NCBI GenBank assembly: GCA_965222075.1
Contig: OZ244937.1
Span: 2,752,001 to 2,816,000, forward strand
Direction of reading: 5' to 3'
DNA: 64,000 nucleotides
Source: Candidatus Latescibacterota bacterium
GTDB taxonomy: Bacteria > Latescibacterota > UBA2968 > GCA-2709665
Under the pieces are notes generated by a model, which saw only the letters and a list, made by a program, of their open reading frames with translations, was not told where the DNA came from and did no database searches. The position numbers were made by a program, and so were the translations under genes. Shown one piece after another: positions 47,496 to 57,301 of the stretch (position 1 is the stretch's first letter; each line of letters begins with the position of its first letter).

Positions 47496-48224
47496 TCAGG
47501 CCGGGCCGGCCGTGTGCTCCCCTCGGCCCCCCTCTGAGACAGAGCCTCCTCCCCGCTCCAGCGCCAGGCGGACCACACGGTCCACCTGTTCCTCAATCGA
47601 AAGGCCTGTCGTATCCAGACGCACGGCATCGGAAGTCGGCCATTCCCCCATCTTCAACTGTGTGGCTTCGTCCCGGGCATCCCGGGCGCGAATCTGTTCG
47701 ATCAGCGTGGAGAAATCCGCCTCCTCCCCCCACCTGGCCATCTCCACAGAGCGCCGCCGGGCCCGCTCGGCAACGTCAGTAACCAGGAAGATCTTAAGTT
47801 CGGCGTCGGGAAATACCACCGTACCGGTATCCCGGCCCTCCAGCACAATCCCGCCGTCCCACCCGATCTCCTGCTGGAGCCCCACCAGCACCTCCCGAAC
47901 CTCCGGATGGGCCGCAACCCGAGACGCCGCATCCGAGGCCTCCGGCGTCCGGATGGCCCCCGACACATCCTCCCCATCCAGGAGCGTCTGCTGGCCCCTG
48001 GGGTGCAAACGCAGATCGATGCGCACCTGCCGGGCCAGCCGGGCGGCGGTCTCCCCGTCGTCTGGACTGATACCGGCCCGGAGCAACTCCAGACCCAGCG
48101 CCCGGTACATCGCCCCGGTATCCAGATAAAGATACCCCAAACGGCGGGCAACCCCCCGCGCCGTGGTGCTCTTGCCCGATCCGGCCGGACCGTCAATCGC
48201 AATGACGATGCCCTTCTTCCGCAT
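47496..48224 (-). CDS. cmk: Cytidylate kinase
   Basis: IAIDGPAGSGKST, DTGAMYR, EGRDTGTVVFPDA. Confidence 0.95.
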   Translation of the reverse strand: MRKKGIVIAIDGPAGSGKSTTARGVARRLGYLYLDTGAMYRALGLELLRAGISPDDGETAARLARQVRIDLRLHPRGQQTLLDGEDVSGAIRTPEASDAASRVAAHPEVREVLVGLQQEIGWDGGIVLEGRDTGTVVFPDAELKIFLVTDVAERARRRSVEMARWGEEADFSTLIEQIRARDARDEATQLKMGEWPTSDAVRLDTTGLSIEEQVDRVVRLALERGGGSVSEGGRGEHTAGPA

Positions 48225-48975
48225 CGATTGCCCACACACAGGCCGCCTCCAGCCCAACCAGCTGCTTCAAATGCGCGACCTCCCCCCGGCTCAGGCGCCG
48301 CCAGTGACCCGGTTCGAGCCCCTCGGTCGTAATCCCGGCAAAGGCGATCCGTTCCAGCCCACGCACCGGGTGCCCCACTTCCCCACACATCCGTTTGACC
48401 TGCCGCTTCCGCCCCTCGTGCAGCGTCAACTCAAGCACGCCGTTGCCCCCGGCAGTTTCCACCAGCCGGACCTCTGCAGGGGCCGTAAGCCTTCCTTCCA
48501 GCGGGACGCCTTCGCAAAGCCTTCTCAAGACATCTGGAGAGGCAACCCCCTCAACGTGCGCCCGATAGGTCTTCTTCACGCCGTACCTGGGGTGCATCAA
48601 CCGGTAGCTCAAATCTCCATCGTCGGTCAGCAGCAGAACGCCTCGCGTATCCAGGTCGAGCCGTCCCACAGGAAAGACCCGCGCTTTTATCCCCTCTAAG
48701 AGGTCGTATACCGTGCGGCGGTGGTGCGGATCGCCCGAAGAGACGAGGTAGCCGGGCGGCTTGTTCAACACCAGATAGGTACACACCGCAGGCAACCGAA
48801 TCCACCGTCCGTTGTAGACCACCCGGTCGGCCTCAGGATCGATCAGAATGCCGGGATGATCCACCCGCAGCCCGTTAACCTGGACCTGTCCCGCCTGAAT
48901 CAGCCGGTCACTCGCCCTCCGGGAGGCGACACCCGCCCGGGCCAGAAATCGATTCAGACGCTCCCTCTGACCCAT
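48193..48975 (-). CDS. rluB: rRNA pseudouridine synthase (RluB/RsuA family)
   Basis: S4 domain RLNRFLARAGVASRR, PVGRLD, EGRKRQVKRM; next to scpAB. Confidence 0.85.
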   Translation of the reverse strand: MGQRERLNRFLARAGVASRRASDRLIQAGQVQVNGLRVDHPGILIDPEADRVVYNGRWIRLPAVCTYLVLNKPPGYLVSSGDPHHRRTVYDLLEGIKARVFPVGRLDLDTRGVLLLTDDGDLSYRLMHPRYGVKKTYRAHVEGVASPDVLRRLCEGVPLEGRLTAPAEVRLVETAGGNGVLELTLHEGRKRQVKRMCGEVGHPVRGLERIAFAGITTEGLEPGHWRRLSRGEVAHLKQLVGLEAACVWAIDAEEGHRHCD

Positions 48976-49672
48976 CGCCACCGTCTGATTCCCCTTCGTA
49001 AGCGCCATCTGCATCGCCTGCCCCCCTGTCTGGCGTCTCACCGCCCGGCCCGGCCGCTTTGAAAAGATCCTCTAAGACGCCTCCTTCGGAAGCGCGCTCT
49101 TCCCCCTCCTGAAACAGCTCCTCCACTTCCCTCAGCTTTGGCAGGTCCGATAGGGTCTTCAACCCAAAATGCTTCAGAAAATCGCGTGTTGTCCCGTAAA
49201 GCAAAGGGCGCCCCGGCCCGTCGGCACGCCCGGAAATCCGGATCAGCCCCTTCTCCAACAGGTGCCGGAGAACGCCGTCTACCGTCACCCCCCGGATGTG
49301 TTCCACTTCGGCCTTGGTGAGGGGCTGCCTGAAAGCAATCATAGCGAGGGTCTCCAGGGCCGCCTGGGAAAGCCGGGCAGGCGCCTTCTCCCGCAACAGC
49401 CGCCTCGCCCAGGAGGCGTACTCGGGGTGGACCATCAGCTGAAAGCCTCCTGCCACCTCCGTAACCTTAAAGCTGCGGCCGGTGCTGAGGTACTCGTTGT
49501 TCAGGTCATCAACATAGGTGCGGATCTCCCGCGCCTCAACACCGGAAAGCACCGAGGCAATTTTCCCAACACCAATCGGCACATCCGAGGCAATCAGCAG
49601 GGCCTCAATAATGCTGCGGTTGCGGGCATGTTCATCGGGCGCCAGATCTTCTGAATGCGCGTTATCAGACAT
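48908..49672 (-). CDS. scpB: SMC-ScpAB subunit ScpB
   Basis: IIEALL, LSQAALETLAMIAFRQP, IRGV, GRPLLYGTT..FL..FGL. Confidence 0.92.
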   Translation of the reverse strand: MSDNAHSEDLAPDEHARNRSIIEALLIASDVPIGVGKIASVLSGVEAREIRTYVDDLNNEYLSTGRSFKVTEVAGGFQLMVHPEYASWARRLLREKAPARLSQAALETLAMIAFRQPLTKAEVEHIRGVTVDGVLRHLLEKGLIRISGRADGPGRPLLYGTTRDFLKHFGLKTLSDLPKLREVEELFQEGEERASEGGVLEDLFKAAGPGGETPDRGAGDADGAYEGESDGGDGSEGASESISGPGGCRLPEGE

Positions 49673-50471
49673 CGCGTTGGGATCCCGGTGGTGTTTTTGC
49701 CTCCTGCGCCTCTGTTTCGGCTTCCTGTTTATAGATCCAGATGTCGCTGTTCAAATCGACCTGTCGGGCCACCACCTGCCCTGTCCGGATCAGTTCAAGG
49801 AGGGCGATAAAAGTCACAATCAACACAATGCGCGGCAGCCCCGAAACCAGCTCAACAAAGGAGGCACGCTCCTTCTGTGCAAGAACATCCAGGATAACCT
49901 CAGCACACTCCTCTGTGTTAACCTCCACCCGCTCAACCTCGTGGAAGTCGACCTTGGGAGCAGCGGCTAAAGCCTGTTTAAAAGCGGCTAAAAGGTCGAA
50001 GAGACCCACCGACCGGCAGGCTTCTAACGCATCCTCCTCAAGCCCCACCATATCCAATGCGGCCCCCCGGTAAAAGCGATCGCGACAGGCCGCCTGCTGG
50101 TCCTCCATCCAGGAAGCCACCTCCTTGAACTGCTGGTATTCCAGCAAGCGCCGGACCAGGTCTTCCCTCGGATCCCCGGCCTCCTCCTCGTCCTCCGGGT
50201 CGGACGGCAGGAGCATCCGGGATTTGATCTTCATCAGGGTGGCCGCCATCAACACAAAGTCTCCGGCCTGTTCCAGGTTGAGGCTTTGAATGACTTCCAC
50301 GTATGCTAAGAACTGCCGGGTGATCTCCGCAATCGGGATATCGTAAATATCGATTTCGTTCTTCCGGATCAGGAAGAGGAGAAGGTCCAGAGGCCCTTCA
50401 AAGATATCGATCTTAATTCCGTAGGGGCCAAAACCGGCATCGACCTGAAAAGCCAGGGAATTTGCGACCAT
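49665..50471 (-). CDS. scpA: Segregation/condensation protein ScpA
   Basis: FEGPLDLLLFLI, IKSRMLLP, TFIALLEL; start codon uncertain. Confidence 0.92.
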   Translation of the reverse strand: MVANSLAFQVDAGFGPYGIKIDIFEGPLDLLLFLIRKNEIDIYDIPIAEITRQFLAYVEVIQSLNLEQAGDFVLMAATLMKIKSRMLLPSDPEDEEEAGDPREDLVRRLLEYQQFKEVASWMEDQQAACRDRFYRGAALDMVGLEEDALEACRSVGLFDLLAAFKQALAAAPKVDFHEVERVEVNTEECAEVILDVLAQKERASFVELVSGLPRIVLIVTFIALLELIRTGQVVARQVDLNSDIWIYKQEAETEAQEAKTPPGSQRDV

Positions 50472-50537
50472 TCGGAAACCCCTTGCGTATTGAAGATCGC
50501 CGGAATTGAATATTGAAAAACATCCAATCTTCAATCT

Positions 50538-51065
50538 TCAATCCATAAATAGATAGGGGCGCCAGCGCCAGTCTGGCACCCCGATGAAATGACTGATAAA
50601 GGTGACGTTGTTGGGCTGACGCGGCTTGCGCAGGAGGGCAAGACCGACCTGATCGGGCGACCGATTTCCCTTTCGGTTGTTGCAGCGCAAACAGGCGCAA
50701 ACCAGATTGTGCCAGGACTCCCTCCCCCCCTGTGTCCTGGGGATCACGTGGTCCACCGTCATCGGCCCCCGCCTGGTGCCGCAGTACTGGCACTGGTGCC
50801 CATCCCGCTTCAGAATATTCCGTTTGGATAGGGCGAGTTGCTTGGGAGAGATCCGTACATAGATGGCCAGGCGCACCACGCTGGGGACGGGAAATTGCTG
50901 TGAAACCGACCGGATACAGGTATCGAGCGACTCGATAACTTCCGCCCGCCCCCGAAAGACCAGCACAATCGCCCGCCGGACGCTGCAAACGTGGATCGGT
51001 TCGTAGCTCTGGTTGAGCACCAGAACAGATCGATTGAGCAGTGGCACACCTGCGGTTTTTATCAT
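50538..51065 (-). CDS. HNH endonuclease family protein
   Basis: VLVLNQSYEP, RDGHQCQYCG, TVDHVIP..GG..W.NLVCAC..CN..K. Confidence 0.9.
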   Translation of the reverse strand: MIKTAGVPLLNRSVLVLNQSYEPIHVCSVRRAIVLVFRGRAEVIESLDTCIRSVSQQFPVPSVVRLAIYVRISPKQLALSKRNILKRDGHQCQYCGTRRGPMTVDHVIPRTQGGRESWHNLVCACLRCNNRKGNRSPDQVGLALLRKPRQPNNVTFISHFIGVPDWRWRPYLFMD

Positions 51066-51257
51066 GGCGAAATGGCTCTACAGATACAGGTATTCAAATT
51101 GCTCAGAATCTTTATAAGCTTTTATAGAATAAAGCCTTTATCCTGCAAAGTCAAGTCTTTTAATGATTGTTTATGTCAGTTCCTCTCGTTATGGAAATAA
51201 ATTCCCACGCTACAAAATCAGGAAGTCTGGACAAGCCGGATGATAAAAAACAAACCC

Positions 51258-51647
51258 TCATTCCTCCTCAATAAGCCTCGCATACGCCTCCGCGCTCAAC
51301 AGCGCCTCCAGATCGGTGGCATCCTGAATCCGCAGCTTGATCATCCAGCCTTCACCGTAGGGATCTTCGTTAATCTGCACAGCGTCCTCGGTAAGGGCGG
51401 TATTGACGTCCACGACCTCCCCCGACACGGGCGCATAGAGATCCTCCACCGTCTTTACGGCCTCCACCGTTCCAAAGGCCTTTCCATGTTCCACCGTATC
51501 TCCCACATCGGGGAGTTCCACAAAAACAATATCGCCCAGTTCTCCCTGTGCGTAGTCGGTAATCCCGACCACACCCTGATCGCCTTCCAGGCGCAACCAC
51601 TCGTGTTCCGAGGTATACAAAAGCTCTTCCGGAATTTCTGATGACAT
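51258..51647 (-). CDS. gcvH: Glycine cleavage system H protein
   Basis: HEW, GITDYAQGELGDIVFVELP, VEAVKT lipoyl Lys, INEDPYGEGW. Confidence 0.95.
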   Translation of the reverse strand: MSSEIPEELLYTSEHEWLRLEGDQGVVGITDYAQGELGDIVFVELPDVGDTVEHGKAFGTVEAVKTVEDLYAPVSGEVVDVNTALTEDAVQINEDPYGEGWMIKLRIQDATDLEALLSAEAYARLIEEE

Positions 51648-51674
51648 AATGGAAAACTCCTTAAACGTAGTTCT

Positions 51675-53033
51675 TTACCTCTCGTAGCCGAGATTCTGGA
51701 CAAAATCCGTCGCGATCCGTCCGTTTTGAAAATCGGGATGGCGCAGGATCTTGAGGTGGAAAGGAATGGTGGTTGGTACCCCTTCGATCACAAACTCCTG
51801 GAGGGCCCGAACCATCCGCCCAACCGCTTCCTCCCGGTTCTCCCCATAGGCGATCAACTTGGCCAGAAGCGAGTCGTACTGCGCTGGAATCCGATAGCCC
51901 GAATAGGCATGTGAATCGATCCGGATACCGGGCCCTCCCGGCATGTGAAAGGTGGTAACCGTGCCCGGAGAAGGCCGAAAGTTGTGATCGGGGTCTTCGG
52001 CGTTGATCCTGCACTCGATCGCATGCCCGGTGGGGATAACCGCCTCCTGATCAAATCCCAGAGGTGCTTCCGCTGCAATGCGAATCTGGGCCTTCACCAG
52101 GTCGATTCCGGTCACCATTTCGGTCACCGGATGCTCTACCTGAATCCGGGTATTCATTTCCAGAAAATAGAAATCGCCCGACGCATCTAAGAGGAATTCC
52201 ACGGTACCGGCGCTGAAATACCCCACGGACCGCGCCCCGGCAATGGCGGCCTCCCCCATCTGGCGGCGCAAATCGGCATCCACGGCCAGCGAAGGAGACT
52301 CTTCCACCAGTTTCTGGTGCCGCCGCTGGATGGAGCATTCCCGCTCCCCCAGGTGCACAAGGGTGCCCGATTGATCCCCCAGGACCTGAATCTCCACGTG
52401 CCGGGGGCCTTCAACCTCCTTCTCTAAGTACAGCGCACCCGAGGTAAAGGCGGCCTCGGCTTCGGCATGCGCCATCTGCCAGGCCCGCTCCAGTTCCTCC
52501 TCGGAATGAACGGTGCGCATGCCCCGACCACCCCCTCCCACAACCGCCTTGAGCCGAACCGGATACCCGATGCGCGAAACAGCCTCACGCGCTTCTTCCA
52601 GATCCTGCAGCATACCCGTCCCGGGTGAGACGGGCACGCCTGCCTCCACCATGATCTGGCGTGCCACCGCCTTATCGCCCATCTTTCGGATGGATTCGGG
52701 CGAAGGGCCGATAAAGGTGACTCCACAGGACGTGCAGATCTCGGCAAATTCGGCGTATTCCGCCAGCGGCCCGTACCCGGGGTGGATCGCATCGGCGTCG
52801 GTCACCTCAGCAGCACTTAAGATACGCGGGATGTTCCGATAGCTCTGATCTCCGGGAGGAGGTCCTATACAGACATCCTCATCTGCGAATCCGATGTGCA
52901 AAGAGTTGGCGTCGGCCTCGGAGTGGACGGCAACGGTCTGGATGCCGAGTTCCTTACAGGCCCGGATAACCCTCAGGGCGATCTCACCTCGATCGGCCAC
53001 AAGGATCTTTCTGAACAAATGCGTTCGCGACAC
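51675..53033 (-). CDS. accC: Biotin carboxylase
   Basis: RGEIALRV, GGGGRGM, ECSIQRRHQK, FLEMNTRIQVEHPVTE, ECRINAED. Confidence 0.93.
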   Translation of the reverse strand: MSRTHLFRKILVADRGEIALRVIRACKELGIQTVAVHSEADANSLHIGFADEDVCIGPPPGDQSYRNIPRILSAAEVTDADAIHPGYGPLAEYAEFAEICTSCGVTFIGPSPESIRKMGDKAVARQIMVEAGVPVSPGTGMLQDLEEAREAVSRIGYPVRLKAVVGGGGRGMRTVHSEEELERAWQMAHAEAEAAFTSGALYLEKEVEGPRHVEIQVLGDQSGTLVHLGERECSIQRRHQKLVEESPSLAVDADLRRQMGEAAIAGARSVGYFSAGTVEFLLDASGDFYFLEMNTRIQVEHPVTEMVTGIDLVKAQIRIAAEAPLGFDQEAVIPTGHAIECRINAEDPDHNFRPSPGTVTTFHMPGGPGIRIDSHAYSGYRIPAQYDSLLAKLIAYGENREEAVGRMVRALQEFVIEGVPTTIPFHLKILRHPDFQNGRIATDFVQNLGYER

Positions 53034-53072
53034 GGGAATAAACGGGGGTAGGACGTTGTAATGGTGTGGGCT

Positions 53073-53525
53073 CTAAAGCGGTTCTAAGAGGAAAAGGGGC
53101 GTGTTATACTCAACAGGGTTGCCGCTTTCAACCAGGATACGGGCCACCCGGCCTTTGATATCCGAGTCGATTTCATTCATGATTTTCATCGCCTCAATAA
53201 TACAGAGCGTCTGGCCGGAAGAGACAATATCGCCCTCTTCAACATAGGGAGGCACATCGGGACTGGGGGCGCTGTAAAACATCCCGACCATCGGAGACAG
53301 GACCGGGTGCAGCCCATCGGTCTCATTTGGCTGTACCGGCTCTGCCTCAGCAGCCGTCTGCGTCTCGGGCTGAGGCGCAAAGACCTGGGCGTCTCCGCCT
53401 GTTTTCACAATCCGAATTCTCCCCCCCAGGAACTTGCGTTCAACCTCAATCTCCTTGATGTGATCTTCCCCAACCAGGTCGATCAATTCCTGGAGGACCT
53501 CCCGAAAACGTCTGGAAAGTCTCAC
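53073..53525 (-). CDS. accB: Biotin carboxyl carrier protein
   Basis: SPMVG.FY..PSP, IEAMKIMNEI. Confidence 0.92.
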   Translation of the reverse strand: MRLSRRFREVLQELIDLVGEDHIKEIEVERKFLGGRIRIVKTGGDAQVFAPQPETQTAAEAEPVQPNETDGLHPVLSPMVGMFYSAPSPDVPPYVEEGDIVSSGQTLCIIEAMKIMNEIDSDIKGRVARILVESGNPVEYNTPLFLLEPL

Positions 53526-53537
53526 CTGTGCTCCCTA

Positions 53538-54095
53538 TTAAACACGCTCAACATACACATCGGTCCGCGTGTCAACCTTCAGCACATCGCCGGGCTCCAC
53601 AAACAGGGGCACCTGAATCGAAGCGCCGGTCTCTAAAACGGCCGGCTTGGTTGCCCCGCTGACCGTATCTCCCCGGACGCCCGGGTCGGCCTTCGTAACG
53701 GTCAGTTCGACAAAAATCGGGAGCTCAACGCCAATCGCGCTATTTTCGGCCACCAGTACGTTGACAACCTCGTTTTCCTTGAGATACTTCAGGGCATTGC
53801 CAACGGTCTCGGCCATCAATTCAAACTGGTCGTAGGTCTCATTATCCATAAAAAAGTAGATGTCATCCGATTTGTAGAGATATTGCATTTCTCGCCGTTC
53901 AAGGCGTACATCATCAACCTTATCGCCAGACCGGAAGGTCCGATCGATAACGGCGCCCGTCTTGACATTTTTCAGGCGGGTACGGACCACCGCAGCGCCC
54001 TTACCCGGTTTAAAAGGCTCAAATTCCACCATAGCGAAGAGGTCGCCGTCTAAGCGCAAAACCATACCGTTCCGAAATTCAGACGTCGAGACCAT
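53538..54095 (-). CDS. efp: Elongation factor P
   Basis: KPGKGAA loop, PGVRGDT, KPAVLETG, VPLFV. Confidence 0.95.
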   Translation of the reverse strand: MVSTSEFRNGMVLRLDGDLFAMVEFEPFKPGKGAAVVRTRLKNVKTGAVIDRTFRSGDKVDDVRLERREMQYLYKSDDIYFFMDNETYDQFELMAETVGNALKYLKENEVVNVLVAENSAIGVELPIFVELTVTKADPGVRGDTVSGATKPAVLETGASIQVPLFVEPGDVLKVDTRTDVYVERV

Positions 54096-54900
54096 ACTCG
54101 GAAAATCCTCCACCCTTATTGGGACACTGGCCCGGGACGTCATCCATCGCCTGAAGTTCCTCAAGGCGCTGTTTCACCTGCTGGTTGCCCGGGTCGCGCT
54201 TTAAGACCCGTTCCAGAACCTCAAGGGCCTGCTGGATAAGCCCCTGAGTCGCATAAAGTTCAGCCAATGTAGAGGTTGCAATAGGATCCGTGCCCTCCAA
54301 TGTGCGGTCTCCAGACACCGCCGGTGCTCCAGACACCGAATCCCGGTTCCCGCCAACCTCCCGGACCAGAGCGTCCAGGTCCCCATCCCCCACCGCATCG
54401 AACCCGGCTTCCACCCTTGCCCCCGCACCCGATTCTGGAGCCTGTTCAAGGACGGCCGATTCCCCATCCGGGAAGGCATCCAGAGTCTGTTCCGGCGCAG
54501 GAGGTGCCTGTTGAAAGGATTCGATCTTTGCCAAGAGATCCCGGTTGAAGGGATCCAGAGTATAGGCCCATCCAAAATGCCGACGGGCCAACGCCTCCCA
54601 CCCCACCTCGAGGTCGATTTGCCCAAGGTGCCAGAATGCCGCCAGATTGTCTTGATCCAGCTGAAGAACCCTGTGAAACTCCTGACGGGCCTCTTCAAGC
54701 CGCCCGGCGGCTATGTGGCATTTCCCCATCACCAGATGGCCGGTCACATAGGAAGGCCGGTACCTGAGGCCTCGGCGGCAGATCTCCGACGCCCGCTTCA
54801 CATCGCCCTGACGGAGAACCCCATCGGCTAAGCGCGCAAACAGAATAGAGGTCGGATTCTTGGCACAGATCTCTTCGAGCTTCCCATGGGATACCGGCAT
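54079..54900 (-). CDS. TPR protein
   Basis: N-terminal TPRs, acidic linker, TSTLAELYATQG C-terminal TPR. Confidence 0.75.
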   Translation of the reverse strand: MPVSHGKLEEICAKNPTSILFARLADGVLRQGDVKRASEICRRGLRYRPSYVTGHLVMGKCHIAAGRLEEARQEFHRVLQLDQDNLAAFWHLGQIDLEVGWEALARRHFGWAYTLDPFNRDLLAKIESFQQAPPAPEQTLDAFPDGESAVLEQAPESGAGARVEAGFDAVGDGDLDALVREVGGNRDSVSGAPAVSGDRTLEGTDPIATSTLAELYATQGLIQQALEVLERVLKRDPGNQQVKQRLEELQAMDDVPGQCPNKGGGFSEYGLDV

Positions 54901-55140
54901 AGGGCCTCCACGACTGACAGAACCGGACGAAGTATAGAGAAAAGCCCCCCTCTTGTCAATGACAAACTCACACCGCCGTTATTGATGTAACCCATCTGGA
55001 CAAAAAATCTACTGCAAAATAAAGGGGGCCGTCAGAAGCCCCTTCCTTCCCGGGAATTGCCTTGTCTGAAAGTGGGAGATATGCTATATTTTGTTTCACT
55101 TTTATGCCGGTTTTTACGTCCTTGAAAGGGATGACAGGGT

Positions 55141-57270
55141 ATGAGCTACGATCGTGCGGCGGTACGGGCAGTGCTGGATCAGGTGCAAATGGAGGGGCGC
55201 ACGTCCCTCACCGCCCCGGAAGGGGTGCGGGTCTGCGAGGCCTACGGTATTGGGGTGCCTCAGGGTGGACTGGCCACCTCGGCAGAATCTGCCGCGCGTC
55301 TGGCCCAGGAGATCGGCTACCCGGTGGTGTTGAAGATCGCCTCCACCGACATCCTCCACAAAACAGAAGCCGGCGGTGTCCTCACCGGCCTGACCGGCGC
55401 GGCGGACGTGGAGGGGGCATACACCGCCATTCTGGACAATGCCAGGGCCCACAAGCCAGACGCCGATATACTCGGCGTACAGGTGCAGCCCATGCTGTTG
55501 GCCGGTCAGGAGGTCATCGTGGGTGCGACCACCGATCCCAGTTTTGGCAAGTTGGTGGCGTTCGGCCTTGGCGGTGTGCTGGTGGAAATTCTGCAGGACG
55601 TCACCTTCCGCCTGGCCCCTACCACACGCCAGGAAGCCCTTTCCATGCTCGATGACATTCGTGGCGCTGCAATACTGCGTGGCGCCCGCGGGGGGGCCGG
55701 TGTCGATTGCAGCGCTCTGGCCGGGCTCATCGAAAACGTCTCCCACCTCGCACATGACTTCCCGGAAATCAGTGAAATAGACCTCAACCCGGTCTTTGCC
55801 ACCAGCGAGGGCGCCACAGCCGTGGACGTGCGCATCCTGGTGGACTTCACACCGGCACCACCGCGCTATCGGCCCTCGCATGAGGAGATCCTGCGGGCTA
55901 TGCGGCGCATCATGCAGCCGGACGCCGTCGCCGTGATCGGCGCCTCTTCCGAAGAGGGAAAAATCGGCAATTCGGTGATGCTGAACCTCATCAACGGCGG
56001 GTACCAGGGCGCGATCTATCCCGTCCACCCGCGCGCCGAGGAGATCCTCGGGCTGCGCTGCTACAAAAGTGTCCTGGACATCCCGGGGGAAGTAGACATC
56101 GCCATCTTCTGCATTCCCGCCCGCTTTGTCGCCCAGGTGCTCTTGGAAGTGGGGCAGAAACAGATACCCGGAGCCATCCTGATCCCCTCCGGCTTTGCCG
56201 AGGTGGGTGAGGATGGCTTGCAGCAGGACGTGGTACGCGTGGCCCGGGAACACAACGTCCGCCTCATGGGCCCAAACATCTACGGCTTCTACTACACCCC
56301 CAAGCACCTCTGCGCCACTTTCTGCACGCCCTATAACGAAAAGGGCGAGGTCGCCCTGTCATCCCAAAGCGGCGGTGTGGGCATGGCCATCATCGGCTTT
56401 AGCCGCTCGGCGAAAATGGGCGTATCGGCAATCGTGGGCCTGGGGAACAAGTCGGATATCGACGAGGACGACCTGCTCACCTTCTTCGAGCAGGATGACA
56501 ACACCCGGGTCATCGCCATGCACGTAGAAGACCTCAAAGACGGGCGGGCCTTTGCCCAGGTCGCCAAGCGCGTGTCCAAACAGAAGCCGGTCGTCATGCT
56601 CAAGGCCGGGCGCACCCCGATGGGCGCACGCGCCGCTAAGTCGCACACCGGCGCCCTGGCCGGAGACGACAAAATCTACGACGCCGTACTGCGGCAGAGC
56701 GGGGTGATTCGCGCCTTCAGCCTCAACGATATGCTCGAATTTGCCCGCGGCCTTTCCATCCTGTCCACTCCCAAAGGGGAGAACGTGCTGATCATCACCG
56801 GCGCGGGTGGCTCCGGGGTGCTGCTCTCCGACGCCTGTGTGGAAAATGGCCTGAAGCTCATGGACATGCCAGAGGACCTCGATGCGGCCTTCAAGGAACT
56901 CATTCCGCCCTTTGGCGCCTCCGGGAACCCGGTCGATATCACCGGCGGCGAACCCCCGACGACCTATCGCAACGCCATTAAATTGGCGCTGGACGACGAC
57001 CGCGTGCATGCCCTTATCCTGGGCTACTGGCACACCATTATTACCCCGCCCATGGTATTCGCTACCCTGTTGAGCGAAGAGATCGAATCTGCCCGGCAAC
57101 GGGGCATCGACAAGCCCGTGGTCGCTTCTCTGGTCGGCGATGTAGAGGTCGAGGATGCCTGCCGTCATCTGGTAGAGCACAACATCCTGGCCTACCCTTA
57201 CACCACAGAAAAACCGGTGGCCGTGCTCGGCGCCAAATACCGCTGGGCGCGCACCGCCGGCCGGCTGTAA
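55141..57270 (+). CDS. ADP-forming acyl-CoA synthetase (acetate-CoA ligase family, ATP-grasp first)
   Basis: GYPVVLKI.S.DILHKTEAGGV, EIDLNP, AVIGAS, GPN, SQSGG, SHTGALAG phospho-His, NPVDITG. Confidence 0.9.
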   Translation: MSYDRAAVRAVLDQVQMEGRTSLTAPEGVRVCEAYGIGVPQGGLATSAESAARLAQEIGYPVVLKIASTDILHKTEAGGVLTGLTGAADVEGAYTAILDNARAHKPDADILGVQVQPMLLAGQEVIVGATTDPSFGKLVAFGLGGVLVEILQDVTFRLAPTTRQEALSMLDDIRGAAILRGARGGAGVDCSALAGLIENVSHLAHDFPEISEIDLNPVFATSEGATAVDVRILVDFTPAPPRYRPSHEEILRAMRRIMQPDAVAVIGASSEEGKIGNSVMLNLINGGYQGAIYPVHPRAEEILGLRCYKSVLDIPGEVDIAIFCIPARFVAQVLLEVGQKQIPGAILIPSGFAEVGEDGLQQDVVRVAREHNVRLMGPNIYGFYYTPKHLCATFCTPYNEKGEVALSSQSGGVGMAIIGFSRSAKMGVSAIVGLGNKSDIDEDDLLTFFEQDDNTRVIAMHVEDLKDGRAFAQVAKRVSKQKPVVMLKAGRTPMGARAAKSHTGALAGDDKIYDAVLRQSGVIRAFSLNDMLEFARGLSILSTPKGENVLIITGAGGSGVLLSDACVENGLKLMDMPEDLDAAFKELIPPFGASGNPVDITGGEPPTTYRNAIKLALDDDRVHALILGYWHTIITPPMVFATLLSEEIESARQRGIDKPVVASLVGDVEVEDACRHLVEHNILAYPYTTEKPVAVLGAKYRWARTAGRL

Positions 57271-57301
57271 CGCTGTCCTAAATGATGAGGAGAAAGCGGT
57301 T

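Noticed and set aside
48908-49041. Long scpB/rluB overlap suggesting a frameshift
   Set aside because: Shrinks to 68 nt with the rluB start at 48975; both proteins have complete domains and the ScpB tail is low-complexity.
50538-51065. HNH endonuclease as a homing or defence element
   Set aside because: Common stand-alone family at the head of a housekeeping run, with no intron, repeats or compositional anomaly.
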